Below are positions 7,239 to 11,380 of a DNA stretch of 11,380 bases, in pieces. The notes below the pieces were generated by a model that worked only from the letters and a program-made list of their open reading frames with translations, had not been told where the DNA came from and did no database searches. The stretch's first letter is position 1. The number at the start of each line of letters is the position of its first letter. A program made the translations under genes and the position numbers. Origin of the DNA: a bacterium (GTDB lineage Bacteria; Arandabacterota; Arandabacteria; Arandabacterales; JALGWA01); assembly GCA_050125095.1 (NCBI GenBank), contig JASFEA010000100.1, positions 1 to 11,380 of the forward strand. The letters run 5' to 3'.

Positions 7239-8645
7239 ATGGAACGACTCACATACATTGTAGTCCTGCTCGTCTATCTCGTCATTCTCGGCCTGGTAGG
7301 CGTCTTCTCTTCGCGGCGCCTCAAGACCTCCGCCGACTACGCCATCGGCGGCAGGTCTATAGGACCGTGGGTAACCGCCCTTTCATTCGTCGCCGCGTAC
7401 TTCTCATCGGTGCTCATAATCGGAGGGGGCGCCTTCGGATATAAATACGGCCTTTCGACACTCTGGATAGGCGCCAGCAACGTCCTGGTTGGATGCGCCC
7501 TCGCGTGGATCATACTCGGCAAGCGCATACGGCGAATGACCGAGGAAACCGGGTCCATGACCATCTCCGAGTTCCTCGGCAAGCGATATGGCTCGCGCGC
7601 CATCATGATGTTCTCGGCGGCCATCATCTTCCTATTCCTGATCATCTACAACGTGAGCGTCGTGAAGGGCATGGCCAATGCCATACAGGTGCTCGTGGAG
7701 ATACCCTACTGGGGAGGAGTGCTGGTCTCCGGGCTCATTATCGTGTTTTACGTTACCGTCGGGGGCTACCTGGCGGTTGTGTGGACGTCTTTCATACAGG
7801 CGTGGATAATGATAGGGGGCCTCATTCTTCTCACGCTTGTCGCCTTGAGCCGCGTCGGCGGAATGGCGACGGCCGTCGAACGCCTGTCGGCCATGGACGC
7901 CGGATTCGTTTCGACCCCGGGCCTCTGGGGATGGGCGGGGTTAATATCTTTCTGCCTGATAGTGAGCTTCGGAACCTGGGGCATGCCGCAACTGGTCATC
8001 AGGTTCTACTCCATCAAGAACGTGAGAATGCTGCGCATCGGCACCATCGTCGTGACGGTAGGAGGGTCGGTCGCGCTGCTCCCATATCTCAACGGAGCGC
8101 TCGCACGCATACTGCATCCCGCGGTGGCGAACCCGGACCTCGCCATACCCACTCTCACCAAGTCCGTCCTGCCCCCGATAGGCGCGGCCATATTCCTGGC
8201 GGGGGTGATCGCGGCGGGGATGTCGACCTTCGCCGGCGTGCTGATCATCTCGTCGACGTCTCTGGTGCGCGACATCATGGAGCATACATTCGGAAGGAAA
8301 CTGACCCAGGCCGAGCAAATCAAGTATGCCCGCATCGCCAATATAATCCTCGGCGGCGCCGCGATCCTGATCGGGCTGCGGCCGCCGAGCCTCATACTGG
8401 TGCTTACGGCGTTCTCCTGGGCTGTGATCGCGTCCACCAATCTCTGGCCGCTGCTCTTCGGTATCTACTGGAAACGAACAAATCCCACGGCCACTCTCGT
8501 TTCAATGGTCGCCGGCGCGGGCACGGCCCTCATCTGGACGCGCCTCGGAAACCCATTGGGCCTCCATGGCTTCATAGCCGGGACCTCGATCGCCCTCGTG
8601 ATAATCGTCGCAGGCTCGCTGCTCTCCCGCACTGACGCCCGGTAG
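7239..8645 (+). CDS. Sodium:solute symporter (SSS/SLC5 family, PutP/PanF-like), 468 aa
   Basis: Multi-TM protein with DYAIGGRSIGPWVTALSFVAAYFS, TISEFLGKRYGS, YVTVGGYLAVVWTSFIQ, GMPQLVIRFY, AAGMST (Na2-site helix) and LFGIYWKR. ATG 7239 is preferred over TTG 7188, which lies inside the small ORF. Confidence 0.93.
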   Translation: MERLTYIVVLLVYLVILGLVGVFSSRRLKTSADYAIGGRSIGPWVTALSFVAAYFSSVLIIGGGAFGYKYGLSTLWIGASNVLVGCALAWIILGKRIRRMTEETGSMTISEFLGKRYGSRAIMMFSAAIIFLFLIIYNVSVVKGMANAIQVLVEIPYWGGVLVSGLIIVFYVTVGGYLAVVWTSFIQAWIMIGGLILLTLVALSRVGGMATAVERLSAMDAGFVSTPGLWGWAGLISFCLIVSFGTWGMPQLVIRFYSIKNVRMLRIGTIVVTVGGSVALLPYLNGALARILHPAVANPDLAIPTLTKSVLPPIGAAIFLAGVIAAGMSTFAGVLIISSTSLVRDIMEHTFGRKLTQAEQIKYARIANIILGGAAILIGLRPPSLILVLTAFSWAVIASTNLWPLLFGIYWKRTNPTATLVSMVAGAGTALIWTRLGNPLGLHGFIAGTSIALVIIVAGSLLSRTDAR

Positions 8646-8839
8646 GCCGCGCACGGGGCCGGCGGCCAGCACCATATGCAGCAGTCTGTAGCTACGCGGA
8701 TTTACGGATGGTGCAGGTTCACATATTTACATATATTCTCAATGTGTATTCGCCCGGGAGGTAATTGTATTGGGCAAACCATGGCGGAAGGCGTCATGTT
8801 TCCGTCCCTGTTTTTGCCCTAACAGACCCCTCAGTGACA

Positions 8840-9934
8840 ATGATGAGGAATATACTGATAACGACATCGATCTGCGCGCTCGCCCAGCTCATAATATGCT
8901 GGATCCTGGCCACGCCCGCGCTGGCCTGTTCCATCTTCAGCCTGGCTGAGGGCGGCGCTGTCGTCTGCGGCCGGAACCTCGACCTCGACGGCCCCTTACC
9001 CGGCCATGTGATAGTCAATCCCAGGGGAATCACAAAGGCCATACTGCCCTGGAAGGGTTCGTGGCCCGTTGATTACGAGGGCGAACCCGAAACATGGGTG
9101 TCCGGATACGGCTCTATAACCTTCACCTGCTACGGCCGTGATTTCATCGAGAGCGGCATGAACGAAGCCGGCCTTGTAATCATGGAAACAAGCCTTTGGG
9201 CCGTCTACCCACCTGAAGACGACCGGCCGGGTGTTTCTTGTGGGCAATGGATGCAGTACCAGCTCGACAATTACGCAACCGTAGAGGAGGTGCTTCTGCA
9301 CCTCGGCGACCTGCGTCCCGACGGTGAAGGGTGGCACTATCTGGTCGCGGATTCCACCGGCGTCTCCGCGGTTATCGAATACACCAACGGCGAGCCCTTC
9401 GTCATCGCGGGCGACTCGCTGGAGGTGCCTGCCCTCACTAATACGATGTACCGTCAGGCATATCCGCATATTGCCATGGACTCCGCGTTCGGCGGTGACA
9501 CGGACATCGCCTCCGGCAGCGACTCCTATGCCCGCTTCGTCCGCATGGCCGCCCTGATGCGGGACTACGCCCCTCGCGATGGCGGACCTCCGGTACCTTA
9601 CGCGTTCCACATTTTGGGCGAGATCTCATGCGGCCAGACCCTGCGCTCCGTGGTCTTCGACGCCACCGGAAAGAGCGTGTTCTGGAAGACGTCGTCGAAT
9701 CAGGAGATACGCTGGCTTGAAATGGTATCTCTTGATCTGTCCGCGGGTGCCGGCGTTCTAGTCATAGATGTGGAAGAAGGGGCGGCGGGAGATGCGTCGA
9801 AGTCGCTCACATCATACAGTGTCGAGGCAAACCGCGCGGTAGTAATTCGGACCAAGGGGCCGGGAGCCCAGGATGCCCTTGGCCTGATCGCGGAATACCC
9901 CACCTCGGTGACGGCGCCTTCCGGGGCTCATTAG
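8840..9934 (+). CDS. Secreted linear amide C-N hydrolase (choloylglycine hydrolase / penicillin V acylase family Ntn hydrolase)
   Basis: Signal peptide MMRNILIT...ATPALA followed directly by CSIF (nucleophilic Cys, codon 8927-8929). Also GRNLD, GMNEAGL, WMQYQLDNYATVEEV, HYLVADSTG..AVIEY, LTN and SYARF. The start is 8840 or 8843, with no clear SD. Confidence 0.88.
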   Translation: MMRNILITTSICALAQLIICWILATPALACSIFSLAEGGAVVCGRNLDLDGPLPGHVIVNPRGITKAILPWKGSWPVDYEGEPETWVSGYGSITFTCYGRDFIESGMNEAGLVIMETSLWAVYPPEDDRPGVSCGQWMQYQLDNYATVEEVLLHLGDLRPDGEGWHYLVADSTGVSAVIEYTNGEPFVIAGDSLEVPALTNTMYRQAYPHIAMDSAFGGDTDIASGSDSYARFVRMAALMRDYAPRDGGPPVPYAFHILGEISCGQTLRSVVFDATGKSVFWKTSSNQEIRWLEMVSLDLSAGAGVLVIDVEEGAAGDASKSLTSYSVEANRAVVIRTKGPGAQDALGLIAEYPTSVTAPSGAH

Positions 9935-9941
9935 AGACATA

Positions 9942-11380
9942 TCACCAGAGGTTCTCTCTGTTTCCAAGCTCCATGGTGATCTCGTAAACCAGCCGTGATA
10001 TCTTCTCCGCCTTCTCATAATCCAGCTTCTCCGGGTCATCCGTCGGCAGGTTGACGTCGTCATGGTGGCCGGAGTAGAAGGAAACCGCAGGAATGCCTGC
10101 GGCATGAAACATCATGTGGTCACTGCTACCAGTCTCGGCCTCATACTTCAGGGGCCATGCCAGTGTCGAAGAGTTGACTTCCTTTATGAGCCGGGTGAAT
10201 TCCGGTGTTATCCTGTCCGAGTCTATCGCGTAGTGGCTGCGATCTGCTTCGTTAGCGGGGGCCGTCCTGCCTATCATGTCGAGATTCACGTTTGCCACAA
10301 TCTTATCAAGCGGGACGGGGCTGTCTGAAACGAAGTGCCGCGACCCGATACACATTGCCTCCTCGCCGGACAGAAGCACGAAGACCACCGAACGCCTGGG
10401 CGGTGACTTGGCCAGGACCCTGGCAACCTCCATTATGCCGGCGGCGCCGCTGGCGTTGTCGTCGGCCCCGTTATTTATCTCACCGTCTTCGCGTGGGGCC
10501 GTACTGTCGAGATGGGCGGTTACTACGACGTACTCGCTCTTGAGTTGCGGATCCGTGCCGTCGACCACCCCCACTACGTTCCACGTTAGAACCTTTTCCT
10601 CGCTAAACGTGCCTTCAAAGGTGAGGGTCACATCGCGGAGGTAAAAGCTCCCCGGGGTTTCCGGGCCAGGATGCCCCATGCCGGGCGGCAGCCGGTCCTG
10701 CCCCGCGAAGATTGCCTCGACAACCCCTGGCTTTATGGGACTCAACAGGGTGATGTGGATCGCGCCCGGTTGCCTGTTGTCGTATTCGAACTGGGGTATT
10801 GGCGCCCTTGACGGCAGGGCGTCCCACGCCTCCAGAATCATCTCATCGGGTAGAACGAATATGCCCGCCGCCCCCCTGTACATCAACTCCGCCATTTTCT
10901 TCATGATAGCATTCGGCGGCGCATACCTGGCATGTATTGCCTCGGGCAGGACGGGCTCGCCCCCGCGGGTTGGCGCGCCCATCATTATGATCACAACCTT
11001 GTCCCTTACGTCGACATCACTGAGGTCGTCCCAGCCGTGATCTGGCTCGGAAATCCCGTAGCCCGCGAACACGACCTCAAGCTCCCGCTTCTCCCAGGGG
11101 AACATCTCGCCCTGAAACCAGGTAAAATCGTCTCCCTCGGAAAAGGTGGTACTGCCCTCGCCGGTCCTTACGGTCAGGCTTATGTCCCCGGCGGACCGCC
11201 GCCTGAGTACCGGTACCTCCTGGAAGTAGGATGCACCCCTCCCGTCGGCGACCCCCGGCCGGAGTCCCGCCGCTACGAACTGGCTTTGGCCGTAGTGCGC
11301 AGCGACCTCATACCCGGCATCCCCAACGTATCTCCCCTCCAGGGCGTCGGATGCCAGGAAGTAAACATGCCCGCGGATTG
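9942..11380 (-). CDS. M28 family metallopeptidase with PA domain (5' truncated by the window edge)
   Basis: The frame stays open for 91 codons upstream of ATG 11105 (IRGHVYFLASDALEGRYVGDAGYEVAA...YFQEVP). PA insert VVFAGYGI...DDLSDVDVRDKVVII. Catalytic motifs TAHLD, NGADDNASG, GEE, NLDMIGR and SDH. Confidence 0.93.
   Translation of the reverse strand, partial: IRGHVYFLASDALEGRYVGDAGYEVAAHYGQSQFVAAGLRPGVADGRGASYFQEVPVLRRRSAGDISLTVRTGEGSTTFSEGDDFTWFQGEMFPWEKRELEVVFAGYGISEPDHGWDDLSDVDVRDKVVIIMMGAPTRGGEPVLPEAIHARYAPPNAIMKKMAELMYRGAAGIFVLPDEMILEAWDALPSRAPIPQFEYDNRQPGAIHITLLSPIKPGVVEAIFAGQDRLPPGMGHPGPETPGSFYLRDVTLTFEGTFSEEKVLTWNVVGVVDGTDPQLKSEYVVVTAHLDSTAPREDGEINNGADDNASGAAGIMEVARVLAKSPPRRSVVFVLLSGEEAMCIGSRHFVSDSPVPLDKIVANVNLDMIGRTAPANEADRSHYAIDSDRITPEFTRLIKEVNSSTLAWPLKYEAETGSSDHMMFHAAGIPAVSFYSGHHDDVNLPTDDPEKLDYEKAEKISRLVYEITMELGNRENLW

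Noticed and set aside
7493..8635. 380-aa alternative-frame ORF inside the symporter, and similar ORFs at 5748-6653 and 8996-9610
   Set aside because: Fully nested in well-supported genes with no recognisable motifs; explained by GC-rich codon bias.
8645..8667. GGCCGC/GCGGCC hairpin after the symporter as an intrinsic terminator
   Set aside because: Large loop and no U-tract.
8772..8825. Canonical c-di-GMP-I (GEMM) riboswitch
   Set aside because: Only fragments match (GGGCAAACC on plus; GGGCAAA and GGGACGGAAA on minus), and neither strand has the complete two-stem architecture. Kept only as an unexplained hairpin.
8756..8949. Strong SD GGAGGT (8757-8762) followed by TTG 8765 (in frame with the hydrolase) or TTG 8770 (59-codon out-of-frame ORF)
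   Set aside because: Spacing to 8765 is only 2 nt and that start would bury the signal peptide. The 8770 ORF overlaps the hydrolase by 110 nt and has no recognisable features. A regulatory uORF cannot be fully excluded.

Overview
GC-rich bacterial window, probably from a diderm because it encodes a predicted outer-membrane beta-barrel. Left half, minus strand: a V/A-type ATPase operon in the order G/H-I-K-E-C-F-A, with A running off the window start. Its K subunit keeps the full Na+-binding signature of Enterococcus hirae NtpK. A ~305-nt intergenic region holds two back-to-back sigma70-like promoters, each with a perfect TTGACA. The divergent plus-strand unit encodes an alginate-export-like (AlgE-like) beta-barrel, a 38-aa single-TM small protein missing from the ORF track, and a sodium:solute symporter. 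After an AT-rich, hairpin-containing gap comes a secreted Cys-nucleophile Ntn hydrolase (choloylglycine hydrolase/penicillin V acylase family). It converges on a 5'-truncated PA-domain M28 peptidase whose last canonical Zn ligand appears substituted. The best candidate for an undescribed system is the porin + small protein + Na+ symporter uptake module sitting divergently from a Na+-type V-ATPase. No rRNA, tRNA, CRISPR or mobile element was seen. All family calls come from motif recognition, not database searches.
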